Shown here: positions 47,729 to 55,431 of the stretch, piece after piece
How the letters are laid out: the number at the start of each line of letters is the position of its first letter
Numbering within the stretch: position 1 is the first letter of the stretch
Source: a virus
Taxonomy: Duplodnaviria > Caudoviricetes
Virus record (IMG/VR): IMGVR_UViG_3300020313_000002
Span: 1 to 58,243 of that record
Length of the DNA stretch: 58,243 nucleotides
Strand: one strand, 5' to 3'
Made by a program: the position numbers and the translations under genes
Notes under the pieces: generated by a model
What the model was told of the DNA's origin: nothing
Databases searched by the model: none
What the model saw: the letters and a program-made list of their open reading frames with translations, nothing else

Positions 47729-48339
47729 TGAAACCCTATCAAAGACCACAGCCTGAGCCATATGATCCCACTGGTGAGAACGCTCCCCCTCAGATTGACA
47801 GACCCATAGTAAGCCCCGACCCTAGGGATCGTATACCGGGAAACTATAGGATTCCAGAGCACCAACGTACAGATATTTTTAGGAACGCTTTTGGGCCATA
47901 TCAGCAGCCTATCTCTCAGCCCAACATCGCCAAGCACAATCGTATTACTGGAAACAAAAGACGTAAGGGTTATACACCTCCTAGTTCACGATCTAAAAAG
48001 AAACAGTACAACAAAAGGAAAAACTATATCAGCCCAAAGAACCGCCGCATAACTGGCATGGTCAAGCCTAAGCCTAAGCGTAATCCGGTGTTTCCAATGC
48101 CAACTCCAAATCCCATTCGCCCACGTCCTCGCCCACCTTGGCGACCAGCCCCCCCACCTTGGATGCGGCCCATCCCTCTGCCAATTATCCCCGCCCCTGT
48201 GCCTTTCCCTAAACCTCCACCACCACCACCACGCACTGAACCCATTGGGACACCCATAATAGGGCCTATACCTGCACCTCGAATTGTTCCGTATTGGAGC
48301 AGAAGAGGACGTGATTACCCGCATGAGCATACGCTATGA
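47728..48339 (+). CDS. Pro/Arg-rich basic hypothetical protein
   Basis: TAATG-coupled 203-aa ORF. Confidence 0.65.
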   Translation: MKPYQRPQPEPYDPTGENAPPQIDRPIVSPDPRDRIPGNYRIPEHQRTDIFRNAFGPYQQPISQPNIAKHNRITGNKRRKGYTPPSSRSKKKQYNKRKNYISPKNRRITGMVKPKPKRNPVFPMPTPNPIRPRPRPPWRPAPPPWMRPIPLPIIPAPVPFPKPPPPPPRTEPIGTPIIGPIPAPRIVPYWSRRGRDYPHEHTL

Positions 48340-49122
48340 CATAACTGAGCTGTGCCTAGCCATTCTTTGTTCCACAGTGAATGGGTCTGGCTTGCCACCA
48401 TGTAGCGGGAAATTATTTTTAGCAGCATAGTATGCCTGTCTAACATTTTTATTTCCCCATGTGCCACCAGTATTTCTTTTGGTTGCGAACGCTAGCTTCT
48501 TACATATCTTAGCCCACGGCCATTGGTGTACATCTCTCCACTCTACTATTTGTACAGCAGTGGCACGCTCACTCCAGTCTGGTTCAAAATGGGAATCCTT
48601 TCCCTCCCCTACCTGCCGATAACCAATAGGCGGATGTTGATTAACAGGTAGCCCATCCTTGATTCTCTTTTCCATACCTATCTTAGTTCGCTGCTTTATC
48701 ATCTCTCTCTCAAACTCAGCGTAGCTAGCTAGGGTTGTGTACATTAGCCTGCCAATAGGGGATGAAAAGTCTATCCCCACTGACATGATGTGTAAAAATA
48801 TATCTCTATTCAGTAGGTCTTCCTGTGTGAGGAGTGCATCTATCACTCCACGGAAGCACCTATCCAGTGCAACAGATACTATGTGATCCCCATTGCGCAA
48901 TCTATGATGGAGTTCACTGCCTGCTGGCCTGTCAAACAATGGGATACCACCACTAACATCTTCATCGGCAAACACCCCACCAAATACAGTTCCAGTCAGA
49001 CTTCCCGATTCGGACTGATACTTATAATAGTCTTCAATTCGTTGTTTTTGATTTTCAAATGAATTGTTCTGGTCATCTGTTGATACCCTTGCATAGCCAT
49101 ATACCGTGGGACACTGTTCCAT
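48334..49122 (-). CDS. Serine recombinase (resolvase/invertase catalytic domain with short C-terminal extension)
   Basis: YGYARVSTDDQ, D..VSG...RP, LDR.FR, AEFEREMIKQRT and PPIGY. Confidence 0.93.
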   Translation of the reverse strand: MEQCPTVYGYARVSTDDQNNSFENQKQRIEDYYKYQSESGSLTGTVFGGVFADEDVSGGIPLFDRPAGSELHHRLRNGDHIVSVALDRCFRGVIDALLTQEDLLNRDIFLHIMSVGIDFSSPIGRLMYTTLASYAEFEREMIKQRTKIGMEKRIKDGLPVNQHPPIGYRQVGEGKDSHFEPDWSERATAVQIVEWRDVHQWPWAKICKKLAFATKRNTGGTWGNKNVRQAYYAAKNNFPLHGGKPDPFTVEQRMARHSSVMS

Positions 49123-49265
49123 ATTCTTACTGCTTCTTCCTCAGTCTTTTTTGTTGATCCCATTGCATCGCACTCATCGCATACAACATATGGATTGTCT
49201 TCGCAATCATACGATAAAAAAATCAAGTCTCTCTCGCCGCAGAACGGGCAAGGTTTCACATTCAT
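48996..49265 (-). CDS. Lar-family Zn-ribbon protein (second copy)
   Basis: KPCPFCG...YVVCDECDAMG....EEEAVRIWN; GGAGG RBS. Confidence 0.82.
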   Translation of the reverse strand: MNVKPCPFCGERDLIFLSYDCEDNPYVVCDECDAMGSTKKTEEEAVRIWNSVPRYMAMQGYQQMTRTIHLKIKNNELKTIISISPNREV

Positions 49266-49275
49266 CACAGCCTCC

Positions 49276-49317
49276 AAAAATAAAAGAGAGGGGATAGCAA
49301 TTCATCTATCCCCTCTC
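49276..49317 (-). terminator. Rho-independent terminator
   Basis: 12-bp stem GAGAGGGGATAG/CTATCCCCTCTC followed by TTTTATTTTT on the - strand. Confidence 0.85.
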
Positions 49318-49318
49318 A

Positions 49319-49500
49319 GACTCCGAGTGAATAACGAAAGGAGGATAACGCTATCCACTCAACGGGAGTTTCACATGAAAGGACACGCGGTTACAAAGCC
49401 ACTCACGCATTGGCTCAACATGCTGGTAGGTGTTGTTGATTGAGTTGATAATCAACCTAGAAGAACCAGCTTCGACAAGTCAGTGCCGACACACATATCA
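49319..49500 (-). ncRNA. Candidate structured sRNA downstream of ssb with an anti-Shine-Dalgarno loop
   Basis: GAGUGGAUAGCG-UUAUCCUCCUUU-CGUUAUUCACUC plus two upstream stems, ending in the terminator. Confidence 0.55.
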
Positions 49501-49501
49501 A

Positions 49502-49891
49502 TTAAAATATATCATCTCCCTGCACAGGAGGAGGAGATGAAGCTGAATAAGCTGGTTCCGCAGGAGCTGAATGCTGCTGCTTACCGGAGATTGCTTCGAC
49601 TCTACTTGCTGTAATTTGCAGCTTAGAGTATTGCTTACCATCTCGTTCCCAGTTATTTTCTTTAACCGTTCCCTCAATAAATACCTCGCTACCTTTGCTC
49701 AGATAGTCGTTAGCCATCTGTGCATTGCTAGCCCATAGAGTAACAGGAACCTTAGCTGTTGTGGTCTTACCCTTGAAGGTACTGTCCACTAACAGTGTGA
49801 TATCTGCTACAGCTCTATCGCCATTGATATAACGTAGCTCAACATCATCGGAAAGTTTCCCCATTAGCAAGACTTTATTATAGTCAGCCAT
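49502..49891 (-). CDS. ssb: Single-stranded DNA-binding protein
   Basis: NKVLLMG.L..DVELRY, YLSKGSEVFIEG and acidic DDIF tail. Confidence 0.93.
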   Translation of the reverse strand: MADYNKVLLMGKLSDDVELRYINGDRAVADITLLVDSTFKGKTTTAKVPVTLWASNAQMANDYLSKGSEVFIEGTVKENNWERDGKQYSKLQITASRVEAISGKQQHSAPAEPAYSASSPPPVQGDDIF

Positions 49892-49893
49892 AA

Positions 49894-51543
49894 TTATTGT
49901 CCTTCCAAAACAATAGTTTCCATCCAGTCTGGCACATCATCCAAGATGTATTCATTACTACGAGTAATGACAGCCACCACCGGACAGTTAATTTCACTTC
50001 GTTCAGACGGCCACGGTGTATGGCCATCAGTTATTGCAAGCATAATGTGTGGTGGTTTATTGCTCAGTTCGTAACCTTCCTTGAGTAGGTTGCCGACATC
50101 AGTGCCTCCCCCACCTTCTAGCTTAAGCTCTTTAATATTTTTAGCTGCAATGATACTTGCCTTAGCTTTTGTATCACCGACAACTATATTGATACCTTGT
50201 CGTGATCTGAATGAGCTGATGATCTTGTTAATGATCCCCATTGAAAGCTCATAATCTTCATCACCCATAGAACCAGAGGTGTCTAGACATATGGTAATCC
50301 GTGGGATGCTCTCCACGTTACTGCCCATAACGAATGGTGACTGTGAAAATCTCCTATTAGGTCTTCGGTAAGATCGGTCGCCCATTCCGTATACATCTTC
50401 TACCCTTTGCTTTACCTGTTTCATTATCACCCTCTTGGGATCCTGCTTGACCCTACGAATATTATTCGCTAAGCCTTGCCAGTTCCTAGAGGTATCACCG
50501 ATATCACAGGTCTGAACTTTAGATGCAACTGAATGGAGTATCGAAGTGATCTCCTCATCAGTTAATCCAATGCCGGAGTCCTGTGGTGGTGCCATCTCCC
50601 AAGGTTGTGGAACACCATGAGAGCATGATCCAGCTACTGGGGGTTCTCCATTCCATTGGAGTTCGCCATCTGAGTTACGCCCGAACTGTCCAGCATCTGA
50701 GCCATTGCCCCTATTGCCTCCCTGACTTGATTCATTTGGGTGTCCATTACCTGAAGTGCGTTCTCCATCCCGCTGTGTACCTTCATGGTCTGGTCGTTCA
50801 GTGTTGCTATGGCTCCCTCCAGCCTCGCCACCCTGTCCTGTATCCCTTCCGACTTCTCCTTCAGGTTCGTTAGGTTGCTCACCGTAGTCTGTATTTCTAC
50901 CACCTTCTCGGTAAGCCCTTGTTCTACTTCGTGTATTTTCGTCAGTGTCGCCTGAGCGATCCTGCCCGTTGGTTTCTTGTTCTCTGCCATTAGATTCTCC
51001 TGAGTTTGGTGGTGTATAAATTTTTCTGTAAAGAGATTCTATCGTGAACTTGGTATCACCCTCGCCACGAACTAAATCTCTAACCCTTAGGTATGATTCT
51101 TCTTCATACCCGAACTTACTACGCTTCTCCCATCCACATTCACCCCTTTCGTCTACTAACAATTCATTAGCAACGGCTGTTGCGGATCGTGCCATGCAAG
51201 TTGTTTGATACTCATTGGGTAAATCCCCTAGAAGTAACGCTGCCCTGCTTGGATGTCTGTTGAATAGGTGTACCAGTATCCGCATCAGTTCGGTTGTTAC
51301 ACCTTCAAGACTTTGATATAGGAGAAACTCTGGATCATAGTAAATGTTCCAATGTTTATCCGCTGTTATAGTCCCTAAACCATGAATGCGAATACACTTC
51401 ATGCTCATGATTGCATCTCTGGCAAACGGCCAGACATAACACAAAGATCTTTTAGCCCTACCCAAAACTGGTGGGGCATTTTCGGTAGCGGAAGTAATTA
51501 TATCTTGAGATATTCCCGCTGTCAATTGCTGTAACTCACTCAT
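49894..51543 (-). CDS. DUF2201-type protein: degenerate metallopeptidase-like domain, linker and VWA
   Basis: IYYDPEF; MIDAS DTSGSM, GGGGTD and ITDG; start after AAGGAGG. Confidence 0.85.
   Translation of the reverse strand: MSELQQLTAGISQDIITSATENAPPVLGRAKRSLCYVWPFARDAIMSMKCIRIHGLGTITADKHWNIYYDPEFLLYQSLEGVTTELMRILVHLFNRHPSRAALLLGDLPNEYQTTCMARSATAVANELLVDERGECGWEKRSKFGYEEESYLRVRDLVRGEGDTKFTIESLYRKIYTPPNSGESNGREQETNGQDRSGDTDENTRSRTRAYREGGRNTDYGEQPNEPEGEVGRDTGQGGEAGGSHSNTERPDHEGTQRDGERTSGNGHPNESSQGGNRGNGSDAGQFGRNSDGELQWNGEPPVAGSCSHGVPQPWEMAPPQDSGIGLTDEEITSILHSVASKVQTCDIGDTSRNWQGLANNIRRVKQDPKRVIMKQVKQRVEDVYGMGDRSYRRPNRRFSQSPFVMGSNVESIPRITICLDTSGSMGDEDYELSMGIINKIISSFRSRQGINIVVGDTKAKASIIAAKNIKELKLEGGGGTDVGNLLKEGYELSNKPPHIMLAITDGHTPWPSERSEINCPVVAVITRSNEYILDDVPDWMETIVLEGQ
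50634..50990 (-). CDS. Nested out-of-frame coiled-coil protein inside the VWA-gene linker
   Basis: 118 aa; AGGAGA-N5-ATG; heptad-patterned helix; different frame from the host gene. Confidence 0.6.
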   Translation of the reverse strand: MAENKKPTGRIAQATLTKIHEVEQGLTEKVVEIQTTVSNLTNLKEKSEGIQDRVARLEGAIATLNDQTMKVHSGMENALQVMDTQMNQVREAIGAMAQMLDSSGVTQMANSNGMENPQ

Positions 51544-51556
51544 TGATAACCCCTCC

Positions 51557-52702
51557 TTATATTGGCAAGTCAGATCGCTCAGATTCCATATCAGCAAAGT
51601 ATTGGTTGTACTCAGGCTGGTGTCCTACTGGCTTAATCTTCCACGCTTTACCCTTGAATGCTTGTGCTACGTCAGGGTTTTGCTTGTGGCATGATGCTAA
51701 AAATATTCTTAGATTCTCCCACCGGGTTGGTGTTAGATCCTCTCTCACACGACGAAGCACACTACCGATGTAGCATATTGCTAGGTGACAGGACTTGGGG
51801 ACACGAACATCATACGGGTCAGCCAGTATTTCTTCTGGTGTCTTGTATTCTTCATGCTTCATGAAGTCCAAGAACATTTGACCAGCATCATCACCTAAGC
51901 ATCCAACTACTAGAGTTCTCCGTGTATGCTCATCAGCACCAACACTATCCGCTGCACCCAGCAATCGAACTGCATTAGTCCATGATCGTTGAGTTGGGAA
52001 TGGTAGCTCACTGGCATCATCGGATGGTGTCTTATTTAACAGCTCCGGTCTAGCCAACACATGATTAGTATCTGTTACAAACTTAACAGCTTGTGCTGCG
52101 TAGTGACCTACACCTTCTTCCCAGTCTGCTGGAAGTATTGGCATGTAAGGCACAGGGAACTCACTGGCATTGCCATTAGTCATTCCTTCTGCCCATGATT
52201 CAATATCAGGTTCCCATTCCATAACACACATGCGGTTAATCATTGCAGGCTCTAGTGGAGAACCATTGGTTGCAATGTTAGATGGGTTAGCTGCTGCAAA
52301 CTTCCAGCAATTAGGGACATCTTCTAGCACCCACTGCAATGCCGCTGCTTGTACAGCTGGAGTGGCACAGGTAAGTTCATCAAGAAACAACACTGACGGT
52401 TGTAGCTTGCACAATAATATACCCTCATCCATGAGCCGCTTAACAATACGATGTTCAGTACCATCGTATTCAACTGTAGTTGGCACGGGGAATCCACCTA
52501 AGTCTTCGGGTATTTGCTGACCTAGATACATCGGGTAAAAATATCTTCCCGCTGCTTCTGCTATAGCCTTAGTTGTTGCTGACTTTCCAACACCAAAGCT
52601 GCCATATGCAAGAGGTGTAACACCAGCTTGCCCACAAATAATATAGGCTTGGTTCACCTTAAGCTCACCACCTACATATTCAGATACTTTTGAATCTAAC
52701 AT
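51557..52702 (-). CDS. MoxR-type AAA+ ATPase
   Basis: GSFGVGKS, EDLGGFP, LFLDE, AANP, L.PAMINR and PTQRSW. Confidence 0.9.
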   Translation of the reverse strand: MLDSKVSEYVGGELKVNQAYIICGQAGVTPLAYGSFGVGKSATTKAIAEAAGRYFYPMYLGQQIPEDLGGFPVPTTVEYDGTEHRIVKRLMDEGILLCKLQPSVLFLDELTCATPAVQAAALQWVLEDVPNCWKFAAANPSNIATNGSPLEPAMINRMCVMEWEPDIESWAEGMTNGNASEFPVPYMPILPADWEEGVGHYAAQAVKFVTDTNHVLARPELLNKTPSDDASELPFPTQRSWTNAVRLLGAADSVGADEHTRRTLVVGCLGDDAGQMFLDFMKHEEYKTPEEILADPYDVRVPKSCHLAICYIGSVLRRVREDLTPTRWENLRIFLASCHKQNPDVAQAFKGKAWKIKPVGHQPEYNQYFADMESERSDLPI

Positions 52703-52720
52703 TTAAATTTCCTCCTTCAG

Positions 52721-53674
52721 TTAGAATGGCAAGTCACTAAAGATTTCGTCGTCTTCAATGATTGCCGCTGCACTTGATCCGGCTTGCAAAGAAACATTCT
52801 CTGCTTGGCTAAGCCGCTGAACAATACCGTCCAGTCTGTTACCGAGTACACCTTTGTACCCACTAACCATCGCGTGTAGTTTTTCAGATTTACTCCTACG
52901 CTTTTTCAATGCGTGCTCACTAAGATCATTTTCATTTACTATCTCCTCAAGGTATTTAATATCATCCTCAAGTTCCTCCTCTAGTGCTATAAACAAGCTA
53001 TCTAGTGTGGTTGAATCACCAGCCTGAGAGAATAGCTGAACGGGTATGATATCTTTCATCGCATCCTGTATGTCCAGCCATCGCTGCTTCTGCTCCGGTG
53101 GTAGCCAATACATTGAACCACCACTCTTAATGGGGAACACGCCTTCCATGTTGGCAAGCACATCCTTGAACATCGTTGTTATATCCCCACCACTTAACGT
53201 GTGTTTGTTATCGTTCCATGTGTCGATAAGCACCATCAGGTAATGATGTGGTATTGAATCTATTTGATCCTGTGTTAAGTTTTTTATCTTTTCTTCAATA
53301 CGGATGCCCTCTGGTGAGTCCCAGTACACACTGACTAGCTCAGGATCATTGCCATGTATTTTTGCAGAACATAAATACTCTCGGTGATTGATATCATCAC
53401 GATTCTTTGTGTGTCTATATACATCCCAGTTCCTAGTGAATGGATCCCTGTCCACCCACTTCCTTTCGCATTTGATCTTTGACCCTCTCCCTAAAAATCT
53501 TTTAGCTGCTTCTGACCCAGCCTTGTTTAGACAATACTCTAGGTTGGCATAATAGATGGGCGATGGAACTAAGAAACTTTGCCCTAGCATTGGCTTCTTT
53601 AGGACTGATTTAACAATCTCTTTTCTATCGGTACGCTTGCTAGTCCAGCTGGCTATATTGCCTACGGTTTCCAT
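52721..53674 (-). CDS. DUF3150/DUF6744-like protein
   Basis: N-terminal G.IA.W, SGG.MYWLP and helical C-terminus; usual position upstream of MoxR/VWA; start after AAGGAGG. Confidence 0.6.
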   Translation of the reverse strand: METVGNIASWTSKRTDRKEIVKSVLKKPMLGQSFLVPSPIYYANLEYCLNKAGSEAAKRFLGRGSKIKCERKWVDRDPFTRNWDVYRHTKNRDDINHREYLCSAKIHGNDPELVSVYWDSPEGIRIEEKIKNLTQDQIDSIPHHYLMVLIDTWNDNKHTLSGGDITTMFKDVLANMEGVFPIKSGGSMYWLPPEQKQRWLDIQDAMKDIIPVQLFSQAGDSTTLDSLFIALEEELEDDIKYLEEIVNENDLSEHALKKRRSKSEKLHAMVSGYKGVLGNRLDGIVQRLSQAENVSLQAGSSAAAIIEDDEIFSDLPF

Positions 53675-53720
53675 TTGAATCCTCCTTATCAACGCAACTA
53701 GTGTGATACCCCTGTACAAC

Positions 53721-53741
53721 TTTTGGAAAAATTTTCCAAAA
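53721..53741. promoter_or_regulatory. Palindromic site 5 of 5
   Basis: TTTTGGAAAAATTTTCCAAAA just downstream of the promoter at 53753-53780. Confidence 0.75.
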
Positions 53742-53752
53742 CACATTACATA

Positions 53753-53780
53753 ATGTTACCGTACACGGAAGTAATATCAA
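53753..53780 (-). promoter_or_regulatory. Sigma70-like promoter of the phage promoter family
   Basis: TTGATA-TTACTTCCGTGTACGG-TAACAT. Confidence 0.72.
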
Positions 53781-53843
53781 GTAGTTAAAACAGAAATAAC
53801 AAAAAAAATTACTAATACATAACCAACCGATGGTCGTTACAAC

Positions 53844-53908
53844 TCATCTCTCTCTCTTAATCTCTCCCCTCACTTCGTGAGGGGGGAGAGATTAAGAGAG
53901 AGAGATGA
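53844..53908. repeat. 65-bp near-perfect inverted repeat
   Basis: TCATCTCTCTCTCTTAATCTCTCCCCTCAC-TTC-GTGAGGGGGGAGAGATTAAGAGAGAGAGATGA: 30-bp stem with a 2-nt bulge. Confidence 0.92.
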
Positions 53909-54034
53909 TGTACCCTACAGTGCAAACAAATACGAACCGCTTCCGGTTGACCCACCTTGTAGCAGACCACCACCTTTTTAAATGGCGCGTTGCTTACGGT
54001 TGAAACACCTTGGGACTTTCTCAACTAGGCTAAC

Positions 54035-54092
54035 AAAAAAATATATTACGTTCCGGTCACCCTCTGGGTTACCCGGATCATAATATATTTTT
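54035..54092 (-). terminator. Long hairpin, likely bidirectional terminator
   Basis: AAAAATATATTA..TCCGG..ACCC-TCT-GGGT..CCGGA..TAATATATTTTT. Confidence 0.65.
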
Positions 54093-54098
54093 ATGTCG

Positions 54099-54353
54099 TT
54101 ATAGATATTGTCTTTCACCTATCGGTGTTACTAATAGAAACTCACTGTATTTATTAGTCACTTCTCCGATATCCTTGCAGTATTGCTCCGCTTCCTGCTT
54201 CGTATCGTAGTCTCCAATAAATACTACGGTTTCTCTTAAGTCTTCAATTAAAGTTCCATATAAAATCCAACTGCCATATTTAATATTACAAGCTAGGATC
54301 TTATCGGCTTCATCTTCGGGTAGCATATCACCAGATTCTCGAATAGTATTCAT
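54099..54353 (-). CDS. Small early-region hypothetical protein
   Basis: 84 aa with AAGG RBS. Confidence 0.65.
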   Translation of the reverse strand: MNTIRESGDMLPEDEADKILACNIKYGSWILYGTLIEDLRETVVFIGDYDTKQEAEQYCKDIGEVTNKYSEFLLVTPIGERQYL

Positions 54354-54366
54354 GATTGATTACCTT

Positions 54367-54407
54367 AAAAAAAGAAACCTCCGGCTACTAGATTAGTAAC
54401 CGGAGGT
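54367..54407 (-). terminator. Rho-independent terminator
   Basis: ACCTCCGGTTACTA-ATC-TAGTAGCCGGAGGT followed by TTCTTTTTTT. Confidence 0.85.
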
Positions 54408-54416
54408 ATAAGGTTC

Positions 54417-55073
54417 TTAGAATGGTGAGTTACCCAGATCTTTCTGAGCTTGCACCTTAGCATCAGGAGGAGATACAGCATCCTTCAACGGTTGAGCAAG
54501 ACGAGCCTTACCTGCACCCTTGAGGGAAATACTACCATTGAATCTAGCTTCAATCTGAGTACCATCTGGTAACTCTACTACTACTGGCCATCCCCAACGT
54601 GAATTCTTCGGATCATTAATTGTATATCCAAAGGAATAAGGCTGTTCAGTATCCCAACCTTTACGTCTCTTAGTTATATCCGTAGGTTGGAAATCAATAG
54701 GTGTAGCTACGATGTTAGTACCCTGAAACTCAAAAGATATTGGAGTAGCATTCTTCATGAATTGCTCAGGCCCAACGGGACAAACATAGGAATTTAAAGT
54801 ACGCATTCCGATTCTATAACGGTGCCATACTCTACGTTCTGATTCCTTAATTTTTCTACCGTCTTCGATACTGCATCCAAGATCCTCAATTAACTTGAAG
54901 AATATATCATCAAGTTCCTGTTCATTGGTACTTACGTACCAAGTTCTATCTGGATCCATCAATACTTCAATAGTATTTTCAGCTGTATAAACCTCTCCTT
55001 TTTTATTGATATCTTCATTTTTAATTGCAGTTACTAAAGAACTATAATCTACTTTTGTTGCTTCACTACTCAT
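54417..55073 (-). CDS. Early-region hypothetical protein
   Basis: 218-aa ORF followed by a terminator. Confidence 0.75.
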   Translation of the reverse strand: MSSEATKVDYSSLVTAIKNEDINKKGEVYTAENTIEVLMDPDRTWYVSTNEQELDDIFFKLIEDLGCSIEDGRKIKESERRVWHRYRIGMRTLNSYVCPVGPEQFMKNATPISFEFQGTNIVATPIDFQPTDITKRRKGWDTEQPYSFGYTINDPKNSRWGWPVVVELPDGTQIEARFNGSISLKGAGKARLAQPLKDAVSPPDAKVQAQKDLGNSPF

Positions 55074-55431
55074 GTGAATCCCTTTCTAAATTAGAAAATT
55101 CTGGTTGCTCCCGATTAAATATGTAATCGAAATCCTTTCCAGATTTAAGCCATTCCCTATCAGCATCACTGAGATAGGGAGTTAAAAATTCTAGATTAAT
55201 ACCTTCGATTGCGTACCTTTTAAGGTCGTCAAGATACACAAGCACTTGTTTTAATCTGTTACTATCATCGGCATACTTGCCAGCTATAGATATTACTTCA
55301 AGTTTTTCGTCTCCTATGTGAGTGACTAATAATTTAATACCGTGTTCCGGGTTAGTAAACCAAAGGTCGGTATGTTTAAATCGAATATCGCAATCTTCAA
55401 ACTTAGGTTTGTCCTTCATTCTTGATGCCAT
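55066..55431 (-). CDS. Hypothetical protein with PYLS..DRE.L.SG motif
   Basis: 121 aa; shares the motif with 56379-56582. Confidence 0.7.
   Translation of the reverse strand: MASRMKDKPKFEDCDIRFKHTDLWFTNPEHGIKLLVTHIGDEKLEVISIAGKYADDSNRLKQVLVYLDDLKRYAIEGINLEFLTPYLSDADREWLKSGKDFDYIFNREQPEFSNLERDSHE

Noticed and set aside
46971-48339. Recombinase-driven invertible segment (membrane cassette or tail module)
   Set aside because: I could not find flanking inverted recombination sites, and both segments overlap adjacent genes at one end
42853-49122. Firm phage-plasmid call from ParB-like protein plus resolvase
   Set aside because: No ParA or plasmid Rep is recognisable, and ParB-N domains are common in non-plasmid phages; kept only as a hypothesis
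49195-49443. 82-aa + strand ORF
   Set aside because: Antisense to the Lar gene and across the terminator and hairpins; no RBS
52721-53746. Longest-ORF starts for several genes (53746, 43887, 51597, 56806, 57994, 46776)
   Set aside because: Downstream ATGs have clear Shine-Dalgarno sequences, and the extensions overlap promoters, palindromes or neighbouring genes
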